DNA of 42,761 bases. It comes from an uncultured Thermococci archaeon. GTDB taxonomy: Archaea; CAYQAE01; CAYVLA01. Under the pieces are notes generated by a model. The model saw only the letters and a list, made by a program, of their open reading frames with translations. It did no database searches and was not told the DNA's origin. Shown in pieces: positions 17,697 through 27,444 of this stretch (its first letter is position 1; every line of letters starts with the position of its first letter). The translations under genes were made by a program, and so were the position numbers. The stretch covers positions 1 to 42,761 of the forward strand of contig CAZJVP010000054.1 of the NCBI GenBank assembly GCA_964549615.1. The letters run 5' to 3'.

Positions 17697-18716
17697 TTGA
17701 AGAAGCAAGTCGGTTGCGGCGTCATCGGCCTCGGCTTCATCGGGAGCCGGGTGCATGTTCCAAGCCTGAAGGGGATAAAGGCGGCGAGGCTGGTAGCTGT
17801 CGCGGACATAGACGAGAAGCTGGTCAAGCGGGTGGCCGAGCCCCCGATCAAAGGCTTCCTTGACTACAAGAAGATGCTCGACGACCCCGAGGTCGAGGCC
17901 GTCTGGGTCTGCCTTCCCAACTTCCTGCATGCGAAGGTCACCTTGGACGCCCTCAGAGCGGGCAAACACGTTTTCTGCGAAATGCCTCTCTCAAACAGGT
18001 TGGACGATTGCGCGGAGATCGTGGCGCTCTCAGAGAAGGTGGGCAAGTTCGTGGTTCCCGGGGCAACCTTCCGGTGGACCCCGAACTTCCTCAAGGCGAA
18101 GGAGATCATGGATTCGGGGCAGGTGGGAAAGCCGACCATGTACTACTGTCGGGAGTACATAGCCCCCTCGGTTCTCGCTGAGCAGTGGCCCGCGGGAAGC
18201 TGGGCATGGGACAGGTCCAAGAGCGGGGGGACCAGCTTCACCCTGTCGGTGTGGGCAATCGATCTGATGCGTTGGTTGGTCGGAAGCGAGATGGTCCGGG
18301 TCTATGCCTCGATATCCCGGGTGTCCCAGCCCAAGTACGGCGGCATCACCCCCGAGAACTGTCAGTTCCACGTCACGCACGCAAACGGCGTCACTGGGGT
18401 CTTCGAGCGCAGCGAGAACAGCCCACGCTCCATGGAGGGAGCAGAGCTCCGGATCCTTTTCGACGACAACAAGGGGATATACGCCCTCGACAACAACGTC
18501 GTCGAGCTCCACCAGGAGGAGTACGACAAGAGGGTGTGGAAGTTCTTCGCCACCGGCACTAGGGTCTGGGGCCATCAGCAATTGGACAGGCACTTCGTCA
18601 CCTCCATTCTGGAGGGGAAGCCGCCGTCGGTGACGGCGATCGATGGGATGAAGGCGGTTGAGGTCGCAACGGCCATGGCAACGTCGGCGCAGACCGGCGA
18701 AGCCGTCAGACTGTAA
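17697..18716 (+). CDS. Gfo/Idh/MocA-family protein with altered active-site motifs
   Basis: VIGLGFIG, CLPNFLH and KHVFCEMPL (EKP becomes EMP); LSVWAID in place of the usual HxxD. Confidence 0.88.
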   Translation: MKKQVGCGVIGLGFIGSRVHVPSLKGIKAARLVAVADIDEKLVKRVAEPPIKGFLDYKKMLDDPEVEAVWVCLPNFLHAKVTLDALRAGKHVFCEMPLSNRLDDCAEIVALSEKVGKFVVPGATFRWTPNFLKAKEIMDSGQVGKPTMYYCREYIAPSVLAEQWPAGSWAWDRSKSGGTSFTLSVWAIDLMRWLVGSEMVRVYASISRVSQPKYGGITPENCQFHVTHANGVTGVFERSENSPRSMEGAELRILFDDNKGIYALDNNVVELHQEEYDKRVWKFFATGTRVWGHQQLDRHFVTSILEGKPPSVTAIDGMKAVEVATAMATSAQTGEAVRL

Positions 18717-18789
18717 CCCTGGGCAGTGGGCCTTGATTCCGCACAGCGCAATGCCTAGGGTGCATCGTTGAAAAGATCTACGCGAAGCG

Positions 18790-19605
18790 CTATAGCAGCG
18801 GTTCCAGCAGATCCTTTGCCCGTAGAATGTCGATCTTCTGCTGCGGGCCGTGAATCTCCCTCTCGATGGTGACCGGCCCCTTGAATCCCTTGGCCTTTAA
18901 CCGCGGGATCAGGAGGTCGAACCTGACCCTCCCCTGGCCCAAGGGGGTCTCGTGGCCCAGGACCTCATCCCTGTTCGGCCAAACCCCATCCTTCGCGTGC
19001 ATGCCTTTGACGTACTCTCCCAGGATTTCCGCCGCATCAAGGGGGTTCGCCATTCCATACAATATCAGATTGGCCGGATCGAGATTAACTCCGAGGTTGT
19101 CCGTTCCCACGTCAACGATCGTCCTCTTGAGCGTCGAAGGAAGCTCCTGGCCGGTCTCGAAACAAAAGATCTGACCATTGTCCTCGCAGTAGCGGGCCAG
19201 ATCTCTCATCACCTTGACGAAACCCCCATACACCGGGTCGCGCTCATCGTCCGGGATGAATCCGATGTGAGAGGTGATGCTGCCGATTTCCATTTCCGCG
19301 ACCAGGTCCGAGAACCTCTTGGCAAGCGCCAGCCTCCTCTTCCTGTGCTGCGGGGGGACAAGGCCCATCGTCGCCGGGCCGTCCCTGAGGTTGAAAACCT
19401 GGCCCTCGAAAAGGAGGAAGAACGAGCTTATCTCTATGCCCGTCTGATCCGCCGCCTCTCTGAGCGCCTTGGGGTCAATCCTGTCCACCATCCTTTCGGC
19501 CGTGCAGGCCAGCTGGCACGTTGGTATCCCGACTTCAATCACCCTTTCGAAGCTCTCGACCGGATTATCCGACACGCCCACGATCAGTCCCAGCTTCATC
19601 TTTGG
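18790..19605 (-). CDS. Sugar phosphate isomerase/epimerase (xylose isomerase-like TIM barrel)
   Basis: HIGFIP, FETGQE, VNLDPANL, MHAKDG and VTIERE metal-ligand pattern. Confidence 0.9.
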   Translation of the reverse strand, partial: PKMKLGLIVGVSDNPVESFERVIEVGIPTCQLACTAERMVDRIDPKALREAADQTGIEISSFFLLFEGQVFNLRDGPATMGLVPPQHRKRRLALAKRFSDLVAEMEIGSITSHIGFIPDDERDPVYGGFVKVMRDLARYCEDNGQIFCFETGQELPSTLKRTIVDVGTDNLGVNLDPANLILYGMANPLDAAEILGEYVKGMHAKDGVWPNRDEVLGHETPLGQGRVRFDLLIPRLKAKGFKGPVTIEREIHGPQQKIDILRAKDLLEPLL

Positions 19606-19702
19606 CATTGCCTCACCGCCGCACACCAAGCCTGACCGGAAGATTAACCTTTCGGGCTCCTTGGTAGGCTTGCGACGGACCGAACATCCGGGCAGGAAGG
19701 GT

Positions 19703-19717
19703 AAGAAAGTTATAAGG
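19703..19717 (+). promoter_or_regulatory. Archaeal BRE-TATA promoter (AAGAAAG-TTATAAGG)
   Basis: Purine-rich BRE directly followed by a TATA box about 40 nt upstream of ATG 19755. Confidence 0.6.
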
Positions 19718-19754
19718 TGGGCTGGTCAACGCGACGGATAGTGCTGGGGATGAG

Positions 19755-21134
19755 ATGATCGATTCTGCCGTGATCCTTGCCGCGGGACGGGGCACGAGGA
19801 TTTGGCCCTACGGAGAAACGAAGCCGAAGGCCGCCCTGCCGGTTGGGAACGTGCCCATAATGACACGCCAGATGAGGTGTCTAAAGAGTGTGGGCGTCAA
19901 GATGTTCACCATAGTCACGGGCCATCTGGAACAACAGGTGAAGAGCATCGCGCTCCGCGAGGGCGCTGACGTCACGTTCGTCCACCAGCCGGATCTAAGC
20001 GGGCCTGCTCAGGGACTGATGCTCGCCCTAGAGAGGTGCGATGCAGATCCCATCTACGTGGTGTACGGCGACGTGGTCGCAACCGTGGAAAGCTACAAGG
20101 CACTGAGGGATTGTTGGAGAAAGGACTGCGACGCAGCCGTGCTCGTCCATAAGCTTGAGGGTGAGGACCCGGCCGAGTGGTTCTGCGCAAGCGTGGCAGA
20201 CGGCCAGCTTCAGTCGGTCTCAGCCCACTCCCGCGGGGAACACTCCCACAGGCTCTGCGGGATCGCCGTCCTAAGCGAGAAGGCTGCTGGATACGTCGAA
20301 CGACACCCAGGCATCTCGACCAAGCTGGATGTCGGCGCAATGCCCGCGATGGAGGCCGATCTCTCCCAGACGTTTCAGGACATGGTTGACGGCGGCGAGA
20401 AGGTTGCGGCAGTGGAGACCAGGGATTTCTTCGTGGACGTGGACAAGCCGTGGCACCTCCTCGAGGCGAACGGCCGCATGGCCGAGTATTTCAACCGCAG
20501 GCTGAAGAAGGACGAGATTTCTGACGGGGCTAAGATCTCCGAGGACGCGGACATACAGGGGCCGATACGCGTTGGTCCCAACTCGGAGATCGGCAAGCGG
20601 GTGGTCATACAGGGGCATGTCAGCATAGGCGCGAACACGACGATCACCAACGGCGCCATGCTCGGACGGCACATCATCATCGGGGACTCATGCAAGATCC
20701 GGGACTATTGCCAGCTCGGAACCTACTCGGTCGTCGGCAACAACTGCGTGATCGGCCACTGCGCCGAGTTCACGGGTGTCTTGATGAACAAGGTCTACCT
20801 CTACCACTACTGCGAGCTTTCGGGGGTCATCGGCACGGCAACAGACATAGGCGCAGCAACCGTTTGCGGCACCTTGAGGTTCGATGATGGCAGGACGATC
20901 CACAACGTCAAGGGCAGAAAGGAGATGCCCAGAATCGGGAGCAACGAGACCTACATCGGCGAATACTGCAGGACGGGCGTGAACGCGATCATCATGCCGG
21001 GCGTCAAGATGGGTCCCTACAGCATACTGGGGCCGGGAACCATCGCGTACCATGATGTCCCGGCAAGAACCCTGGTCCTCGCCAAGCAGGAACAGGTCAC
21101 CAAGGAGTGGGGCCCTGAGAAGTACGGTTGGTAG
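19755..21134 (+). CDS. GlmU-like sugar-1-phosphate nucleotidyltransferase with a hexapeptide-repeat domain
   Basis: AVILAAGRGTRIWP..KPKAALPV, VYGD, DVDKPWHLLEAN and a C-terminal left-handed beta-helix repeat pattern. Confidence 0.9.
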   Translation: MIDSAVILAAGRGTRIWPYGETKPKAALPVGNVPIMTRQMRCLKSVGVKMFTIVTGHLEQQVKSIALREGADVTFVHQPDLSGPAQGLMLALERCDADPIYVVYGDVVATVESYKALRDCWRKDCDAAVLVHKLEGEDPAEWFCASVADGQLQSVSAHSRGEHSHRLCGIAVLSEKAAGYVERHPGISTKLDVGAMPAMEADLSQTFQDMVDGGEKVAAVETRDFFVDVDKPWHLLEANGRMAEYFNRRLKKDEISDGAKISEDADIQGPIRVGPNSEIGKRVVIQGHVSIGANTTITNGAMLGRHIIIGDSCKIRDYCQLGTYSVVGNNCVIGHCAEFTGVLMNKVYLYHYCELSGVIGTATDIGAATVCGTLRFDDGRTIHNVKGRKEMPRIGSNETYIGEYCRTGVNAIIMPGVKMGPYSILGPGTIAYHDVPARTLVLAKQEQVTKEWGPEKYGW

Positions 21135-21220
21135 CTGGCAGGCCAGGGTTGCAGTTTGGGGCCGGCCGGCCATTTTCCCCAAACAAGATTAAAGAGATCC
21201 GGCCGGGGCGTGCCTAGGTC

Positions 21221-22183
21221 ATGCCCGGGATCAGGGTCGCCATAGTTGGCTTCGGCGGCATGGGGCAGGGCCACGCTCGAACCCTCTCCGGACTGGAGGG
21301 AATGACGTTGGTGGCGGTGGCGGACCCAGCTGCCGAGGCGCGGAAGGTAGCCCAGGACCGAGGAATACCCGCGTTTCCCTCCCACCTGCAAATGATGGAC
21401 AAGGTCAAGCCGGAAGCCGTCATAGTCTCGTCACCATCCAACACCCACGCGAAGGTCGTGAGGGACTGCTGCTCAAGGGGGATACACGTGTTCTGCGAGA
21501 AGCCGCTCACCACGAAGTTCTCCGACGCAGTCAGGGTCAGGGACGCCGTAAAGTCATCCGGGATCGTCTTCTCGATCGGCCTCGTATTGCGCCACAGCGA
21601 CGTCTACCGGAAAGCTAAGGAGGTTGTGGAGCGCGGCGACATCGGCGATGTCGGAATGGCGGATTGCCGATACTGCGGCTACATGCTCGGCCGATACGAA
21701 TACGTCTTCTCGCGCAGGCTCGGGCGAGGGCTGATCAACGAGCACACCATACATATGATCGACGCCATGGAATACGTGCTGGGGCCGGTCGCCTCAGTCT
21801 TCGCCCAAACCGATGCGACGGCGGAACACACCGAATACAACGCCGCCATCCTGATGAAGCACGAAACCGGGCCCTTCACGGCGATCTCCGGAAGCGGCAT
21901 CTCAAGGCTTCCGGTTTACGCCCGGATCACAGGCCTGAAGGCCGAACTCCTCATCGAATCCAACCAGCGGCTTGTATTGAAGGATTCATCGGGGGAACGC
22001 GAGATCCTGGCCGCCGAGCTCGGGTATCGCAGGGAGTTGGAGGATTTCAGGGACGCCGTCCTCGGCCGCCTTTCCCCGCACACGGGGATCGACGTCGCAT
22101 TCTCCTGCGCCCGACTCATCGAAGCCATCTACAGGTCGGCCAAGTCGGGCAGGGTGGTCGGGCCAAGAAGCCTACTTGATTAG
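21221..22183 (+). CDS. Gfo/Idh/MocA oxidoreductase
   Basis: IVGFGGMG, HVFCEKPL and GLINEHTIHMID. Confidence 0.93.
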   Translation: MPGIRVAIVGFGGMGQGHARTLSGLEGMTLVAVADPAAEARKVAQDRGIPAFPSHLQMMDKVKPEAVIVSSPSNTHAKVVRDCCSRGIHVFCEKPLTTKFSDAVRVRDAVKSSGIVFSIGLVLRHSDVYRKAKEVVERGDIGDVGMADCRYCGYMLGRYEYVFSRRLGRGLINEHTIHMIDAMEYVLGPVASVFAQTDATAEHTEYNAAILMKHETGPFTAISGSGISRLPVYARITGLKAELLIESNQRLVLKDSSGEREILAAELGYRRELEDFRDAVLGRLSPHTGIDVAFSCARLIEAIYRSAKSGRVVGPRSLLD

Positions 22184-23014
22184 GAAGGCTCGCGTCTCGA
22201 CTAGCTTGCCGTCGGCGAGGATCTCGACCGCGCACATCTGCGGCCTCCAGGATCTAAGCGCCCTGCCGTCGATGCAGATGAGGAGGCCAACCTGAACCCC
22301 CTCCTTTACCCCAGTTCGCAGTCGGAGGACCCCCAAGGGCGGAATATCCCTCAGGCGCGGCAGGGACGAGACCGGCTCGCGGTCCCGGTATGTGATCTTT
22401 TCCTCACCGACATCCACCTCCAGGGACTTGACCGTGTGCTCGACATCGTAGAAGAAGGCAGGATATCCCTGGTAAAGCCCCACGAGATGCCCCGAGCGGT
22501 TCATGAGCACTGCGAAATCGCCAAGTACAACGGGCCTTTCCCCCTCGCCGCCTCCTATCCTCTCGGGAAGGAAGATCTCCTGGGCAGGCTCAATGCTTAA
22601 CAGTATCAGCCGATGCGTCTGGCCGTCGATCGAGACCCGAAGATCCTGGGGTTCACACCGAACGCAGAGTTCCGATGCGAGCTGCACGATGTCGCGCCAA
22701 ACCGGTATGCTTAGCAGTGCCTCGCATGCGTCGGTTGAGTATTCCTTAACCCCGAAGAGTGCCCTCGCCTCCGCCAGCCGATCTTCCGAGACCGACCTGA
22801 GCCAGTGCAACTTGAGAGCAACGTCCTCAAGATCGCTCCTTGCCACGAGGCTTGCGGCGAAGTAGTACTCCGTCTCGGAGTAGAACATCGTCTCGGGCAC
22901 GCCGATCTCTATCACGGAGAGCTTCAGTTGGGCGGATCCCTTCAGGAGAAAGAAGGCGATCGAGGACGCCGTCAGGGCCACCAAAAGTACCCCGGCTAGG
23001 CTCCTGTCCCTCAT
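22172..23014 (-). CDS. N-terminally anchored hypothetical protein (family A, divergent copy)
   Basis: DRSLAGVLLVAL TM; LVAR, YQGYPAFF, PPLGVLRL and VEILADGKL align by eye with 23086, 25287 and 40389. Confidence 0.75.
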   Translation of the reverse strand: MRDRSLAGVLLVALTASSIAFFLLKGSAQLKLSVIEIGVPETMFYSETEYYFAASLVARSDLEDVALKLHWLRSVSEDRLAEARALFGVKEYSTDACEALLSIPVWRDIVQLASELCVRCEPQDLRVSIDGQTHRLILLSIEPAQEIFLPERIGGGEGERPVVLGDFAVLMNRSGHLVGLYQGYPAFFYDVEHTVKSLEVDVGEEKITYRDREPVSSLPRLRDIPPLGVLRLRTGVKEGVQVGLLICIDGRALRSWRPQMCAVEILADGKLVETRAFLIK

Positions 23015-23085
23015 TTGGTTGCCTCTCGCGACCTTCGGCTAGGTGCTGAGCACGGGATCCGCATCGAAAGATGGGACCCAGGCGT

Positions 23086-23931
23086 CTACGGCGTCATATA
23101 GTTGGCTTCGAGCGTCTCAAGCTCGCCGTTTCTATAGACCCTGATCACCTGGAGCATTCCCCTGGGGTTGGAGACCGTCGTCCCCTTCAGGGAGAAGATG
23201 ATGAAGAGACGGTCGTCCTTCTTGACGTCCTCGAAGGTGACCCTCCCGAACAGTGGGGCGAGCATGATCTGCTCGTACTTCCCCTCAACCTCGATCTCGC
23301 TTACGGCCCTGTAGTACTTGGACTCCTCGTTGTGGGTTATGGTCAGGTCAACGATCGTCCTGTTCCTTGAGTAGTAGTAGTCCGAAACCCCTTCGAAGTA
23401 GAAGAATATGGACCCGTTGGTCTGGTTGAGCCAAACGACGTAGGTGGTCGTCGTATCTAAAACCGTGTAGTTGGGCGCCGTTGCCCTCACCACGTCGGTG
23501 AAGTCGTACATGTACATGTCGAACTCGTAGGTCTTGGTCGCGTTCTTCCACTTGACCGTGCCATTCCACATGTCGACCTTCCCCCCGATCCTGGCCGCCT
23601 CATCCAATAGGCTCTTGATCTTGGCGATGTTTGTGATCGTCTCGAAGGCGGTGGAGCCAGTGGTCTTGTTGGGGTTTATGAAGCCGATGCTCTCCTTGGC
23701 CACGCGGCTCAGCGTGTTATACTTGACCGTCACATCCACGAGCGGCTTTCTCGCAATCATGCTCAGCACGAAGGCGTACTTCTGCTCCATCGACGAGAGC
23801 TTGGCTGGGAACTCGTTCCTGAGTATCGTCACGTCTTCCTTTGCCCGTTCGCCTATGATGAAGAGCGTGATGAGGGTCGAGAGAACAATCGCTATCCCTA
23901 TCACGCCAACAAGGCTCCTGTCGACTCTCAT
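23086..23931 (-). CDS. N-terminally anchored hypothetical protein (family A)
   Basis: Single N-terminal TM; ILRNEFP, IARKP, EGVSDYY, APLFGRV.F..VKKDD and QVIRVYRNGEL; several NxT/S sequons. Confidence 0.85.
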   Translation of the reverse strand: MRVDRSLVGVIGIAIVLSTLITLFIIGERAKEDVTILRNEFPAKLSSMEQKYAFVLSMIARKPLVDVTVKYNTLSRVAKESIGFINPNKTTGSTAFETITNIAKIKSLLDEAARIGGKVDMWNGTVKWKNATKTYEFDMYMYDFTDVVRATAPNYTVLDTTTTYVVWLNQTNGSIFFYFEGVSDYYYSRNRTIVDLTITHNEESKYYRAVSEIEVEGKYEQIMLAPLFGRVTFEDVKKDDRLFIIFSLKGTTVSNPRGMLQVIRVYRNGELETLEANYMTP

Positions 23932-23964
23932 TTTACCAACCCTGGCTTCGTTCCGTCATTCACC

Positions 23965-25119
23965 CTACGGCTGTTTCTGGGTCGGCGTCTCAGGCGGTGC
24001 CTGCTCCGCGGCTGCCCTCCTCTGCCTCGCCGGGATAACGAAGCAGAAGTAGGAGATTATCACGATCAGGACAACCCCAACCACGATCAGCAGGACAGAG
24101 CGCATCAGCTTCGAGCTCTTCTCCTTCTTCAGGCTCTCCTCGACCCTTGCCTTCAGGTCCTCCTCCTCCTGCTTCATCCTGGCGAACTCCTCTTTGGCCC
24201 TCTCCATCGCTGCGGTGTACTTCTTCTCCTTGTTCCAGGCGAAGTAGACCGCGTTCTGGAAAAGCTTCTTGAAGTTGGGGTCGCCGAGGAACGCCCTCTC
24301 GAAGTACGAGTCGTCCGTCGGTTTCACTGAGATCTTGTCCGTCCCCGCGAAGGTCACCGAAGTCCCGTTCTCCTCGTATACCACCACCAGGGGTGCGCCC
24401 AGCTGCGAGTCGGAGAAGACCTGCGTGTACGTGCCTTTTGCGGGTTCGAGGTGCTGGTAGGTGGGCGTCCCAGTCGTGTTCATGTGGATGACGAACCTTG
24501 AGTCGTTGAGCATAAACTGGTCCGCCACGCCCTCCGCGATCGGGTGATCCGTCGTCTTGACGTAGACCAACTGCCTCATCGAAATCCTGGTCTCCCCGGG
24601 CTTACACACGGGCGTGGGCACCGGCCTAAGCGCGCCGGTCGTGGTGTTCTTGCAGAACCATGAGGGATCGGGCATGCGGTACTGGTTGCCAAAGAGTGGG
24701 AAGATGGAGCCGTTGAGGGCCTTGGTGACCGCCCCGTTCCCAGCATTCCCCATCCCCACGATGGCCCCGCCTTGGTTGAAGTACCATAGGAGGGAGGGAA
24801 CGATCCTGTCGGCCTTAAGCTCCCAGGTCGTGAGGGCCACCACGACGCACTTCACCTGCGGGAAGTAAAGCAGCGTGTTCATGAGGTCCTGGTCGCCCAC
24901 GAGCACGATCTCGGCCTTGTCCTTCATCCTGGGATCCTCATTGATGACCCGGGCAAGAGCCTCACCGTAGATGCGAAGATCCTGCTCCCCGGTCTTCGGC
25001 CCGTGGTAAAGAAGTATGACGGGCTTCGCCTCCTCCTGTGCCGAAAGGAGCGCCGGACAAACCATTAGCGACGCCATGATCCCAACGATAACCGCTCTCG
25101 TTTTACGCAATCGGATCAC
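23965..25119 (-). CDS. Secreted type-I membrane protein with a class I GATase/ThuA-like domain, coiled-coil stalk and C-terminal TM (family B)
   Basis: Signal peptide, YFNQGGAIVG, FKKLFQNAVYFA, an E/K-rich helix and TM VLLIVVGVVLIVIISYFCFVI. Confidence 0.8.
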   Translation of the reverse strand: MIRLRKTRAVIVGIMASLMVCPALLSAQEEAKPVILLYHGPKTGEQDLRIYGEALARVINEDPRMKDKAEIVLVGDQDLMNTLLYFPQVKCVVVALTTWELKADRIVPSLLWYFNQGGAIVGMGNAGNGAVTKALNGSIFPLFGNQYRMPDPSWFCKNTTTGALRPVPTPVCKPGETRISMRQLVYVKTTDHPIAEGVADQFMLNDSRFVIHMNTTGTPTYQHLEPAKGTYTQVFSDSQLGAPLVVVYEENGTSVTFAGTDKISVKPTDDSYFERAFLGDPNFKKLFQNAVYFAWNKEKKYTAAMERAKEEFARMKQEEEDLKARVEESLKKEKSSKLMRSVLLIVVGVVLIVIISYFCFVIPARQRRAAAEQAPPETPTQKQP

Positions 25120-25161
25120 CCATCAGATCGCAATATCCACCTGCAATTGCGGCCCACCCTC

Positions 25162-25177
25162 TATTTAAACTTTTTTG
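25162..25177 (-). promoter_or_regulatory. Archaeal BRE-TATA promoter for 23965-25119
   Basis: The minus strand reads CAAAAAAG-TTTAAATA about 45 nt upstream of the start. Confidence 0.65.
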
Positions 25178-25286
25178 TCGATCGATCCCCCGACTTCACT
25201 CCCGGCTGACGGCGGCAGCGGCCGATAACAATTAATAGCAAATTCCTCAGTTCAAAAGCGCCGGCGTCCCGAGCACCCCTAGGAAG

Positions 25287-26168
25287 ATGACCTTGAAAGT
25301 CGACAAGAGGATTCTCGGTCTGGCAGCAGTATCGGTCATACTATCGACTTTGATAATGCTCACGATCGCGAGGGAGCGGATCGAGCGGCCCATAGAGATC
25401 CTGAAGAACGACTACCCGTCCGTCCTGGAGGAAGGCCGGAAATCGACCTTCAGCTTCGCCATGGTTGCCAGGCAGAAGTTCCAGAACCTTCAGATCAGGT
25501 TCTCCATCCTGAACGCGATGAGCCCCAAGTACGCCCAGATGGTCGACCCCAAGAGATCCTTCAACTCAAGCAACCAGCCACAGGACGTTCTCGACAACCT
25601 CGTCAAGCTCGGCTGGCTGTTCAACGAGACCAAGCTCATGGGGCTGGAGCCAGAGAGGTTCAACCACACCTTCCAGTTCCAGGGCACGGAGTGCCGCATG
25701 GCGGTGTACGACTTCGGGAACGTCCTCGAGTCCGTCACGGGCAGGGATGTTGCGCTGGCTGCGCCCATGATATACGGGGCAATAATCGATGCCAATGACA
25801 AGGCATACTACCTGAGCGGGGAGTCGGATTTCTTCTTCACCCCGAAGGAAAACGTCTTGTCCCTCAGCATATCGCACAACGCGGACGAACAGAACTACAT
25901 CCCGGACGACCAGATATGGGAGGGCGCAAAAAGGATGCCGATTTCCAAGGCGCCGGTCGGGGGTGTCCTGGACTACGGACCGGTTGCGAAGGACGATACC
26001 TTCACCGTAATCTTCACCGTCGAGCCAGACTCAAGATATATGCCCGAGGGCTTCGGCCAGACCGGGGGGGACAAACCCATATCATTCATCCAGATGATTA
26101 GAATCTACCTTGACGGCAAACTCTACGGTGAACCGATAATCAACGTCATGCAGGGAAAGAAGAGGTGA
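25287..26168 (+). CDS. N-terminally anchored hypothetical protein (family A)
   Basis: IEILKNDYP, MVARQK, SGESDFF, APVGGVL..GPVAKDD and QMIRIYLDGKL. Confidence 0.85.
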   Translation: MTLKVDKRILGLAAVSVILSTLIMLTIARERIERPIEILKNDYPSVLEEGRKSTFSFAMVARQKFQNLQIRFSILNAMSPKYAQMVDPKRSFNSSNQPQDVLDNLVKLGWLFNETKLMGLEPERFNHTFQFQGTECRMAVYDFGNVLESVTGRDVALAAPMIYGAIIDANDKAYYLSGESDFFFTPKENVLSLSISHNADEQNYIPDDQIWEGAKRMPISKAPVGGVLDYGPVAKDDTFTVIFTVEPDSRYMPEGFGQTGGDKPISFIQMIRIYLDGKLYGEPIINVMQGKKR

Positions 26169-26172
26169 GGCC

Positions 26173-27147
26173 TTGAGGCAGGATCCGGGACTTTCGGCGT
26201 TTGTTGCGTTGCTTCTCCTCATACCAGTGCCCGTTTACTGCCTGGATCTTAAGCCCACCATAGTGATCTACACAGGAGCCGACACGGGCTTTGCGACGAT
26301 GCTTGCCGAGCTCATCAAGCAGGACCCCAGGATAGACAGCGATGCAAGGGTCGTCAACAGCCCCGACCTGGTCGCCCTTGCGGCGGCACTGCCAAGCACG
26401 GAGTGCATCGTGGTCTACGCGTCCAACAAGAACGAGCTGGAGGGCCTGTCCTCGGCGCTGACGAGGTTCTTCGAAGGCGGTGGAGCCGTGATCGGGCTCA
26501 GGGAGATCTGCTACCAGCCATCGGCAGGGGATCTCGCCACCCTCGTCTTCCCGACGTACGCGAACGCATCCCGCCAACAATACGCATCCGGCCAGAGGCG
26601 GGCCCGCAACTACACGAAGGCGCAATCCACAGAGATCAACTCCGAACTTCCGGACCGATTCTCCCTGCCGAGCGCGGGCTTCTACTTTTGCGCATACGGG
26701 AACGGGACGTATGCAGAGGTGGCGGGGAACTACACCGTCCTGTATAGGGACGGCGAGACGGGCGCCCCGATAGTTCTGACCCATGAGAGCCCGAAGGGCG
26801 GCAGATCCATCGCCTTCCCAGGCATATGGGTAATCTCCAGCACCAGGGTCGACGTGTATTACGGACGTCTGCTGGAGGATGGAAACTTCACCCGCATGTT
26901 CTCCAACTGCCTCCTCTGGGCGGCAAAGGGTAGCACGCACTACAAGCGGGTGAGCCAGGACCTGGACGCCAAGCTTGAGGTAGCAAGAAGCAAACAGCAA
27001 AGGCTGGCCGAACAAGCCGAACAAGCTAGAAGGAGAGAAAGCACGAGACGAACCCTCTTCCTCCTAGTTGTCTGGGCAGCCGGCCTCCTCGCGTGCGCGG
27101 TCATAGTGAAGAAGGTCATCCTCGCGCCCTTCGAGATCGCCTCGTGA
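26173..27147 (+). CDS. Secreted type-I membrane protein, paralog of 23965-25119 (family B)
   Basis: FFEGGGAVIG, YTVLYRD..TGAPIV and DGNFTRMFSNCLLWA, followed by a coiled coil and C-terminal TM. Confidence 0.8.
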   Translation: MRQDPGLSAFVALLLLIPVPVYCLDLKPTIVIYTGADTGFATMLAELIKQDPRIDSDARVVNSPDLVALAAALPSTECIVVYASNKNELEGLSSALTRFFEGGGAVIGLREICYQPSAGDLATLVFPTYANASRQQYASGQRRARNYTKAQSTEINSELPDRFSLPSAGFYFCAYGNGTYAEVAGNYTVLYRDGETGAPIVLTHESPKGGRSIAFPGIWVISSTRVDVYYGRLLEDGNFTRMFSNCLLWAAKGSTHYKRVSQDLDAKLEVARSKQQRLAEQAEQARRRESTRRTLFLLVVWAAGLLACAVIVKKVILAPFEIAS

Positions 27148-27444
27148 TTCCGTAGAAAGCCGGTGCCGAAGCGGAACGCTGGCCCCTCCACGACGGCCGA
27201 ATCGTCGCGCCCACTACCTCGGTCTCATCGGTACCGTTGGGGGCGGCTGACCCGCCGGTGTCCCAGCGGACCTCAGGATCCGAGGACGAGCACGGGCCAG
27301 AGCGGCGCGGATGTACCGGCTCGGTCTCTCTTCCATTGGACTTCCACGTTGACGTCCAGCTTTTCCGGAGTCAAGAACTGCGATCCAGGATGTGTGGGTC
27401 CACGGTAAACGGCCGAGATGAGCCTATGCGGTGCGACAAGGCCT

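Noticed and set aside
27150-27440. Intergenic stretch as a gene remnant or ncRNA
   Set aside because: No frame gave a recognisable motif and no convincing long stem was seen.
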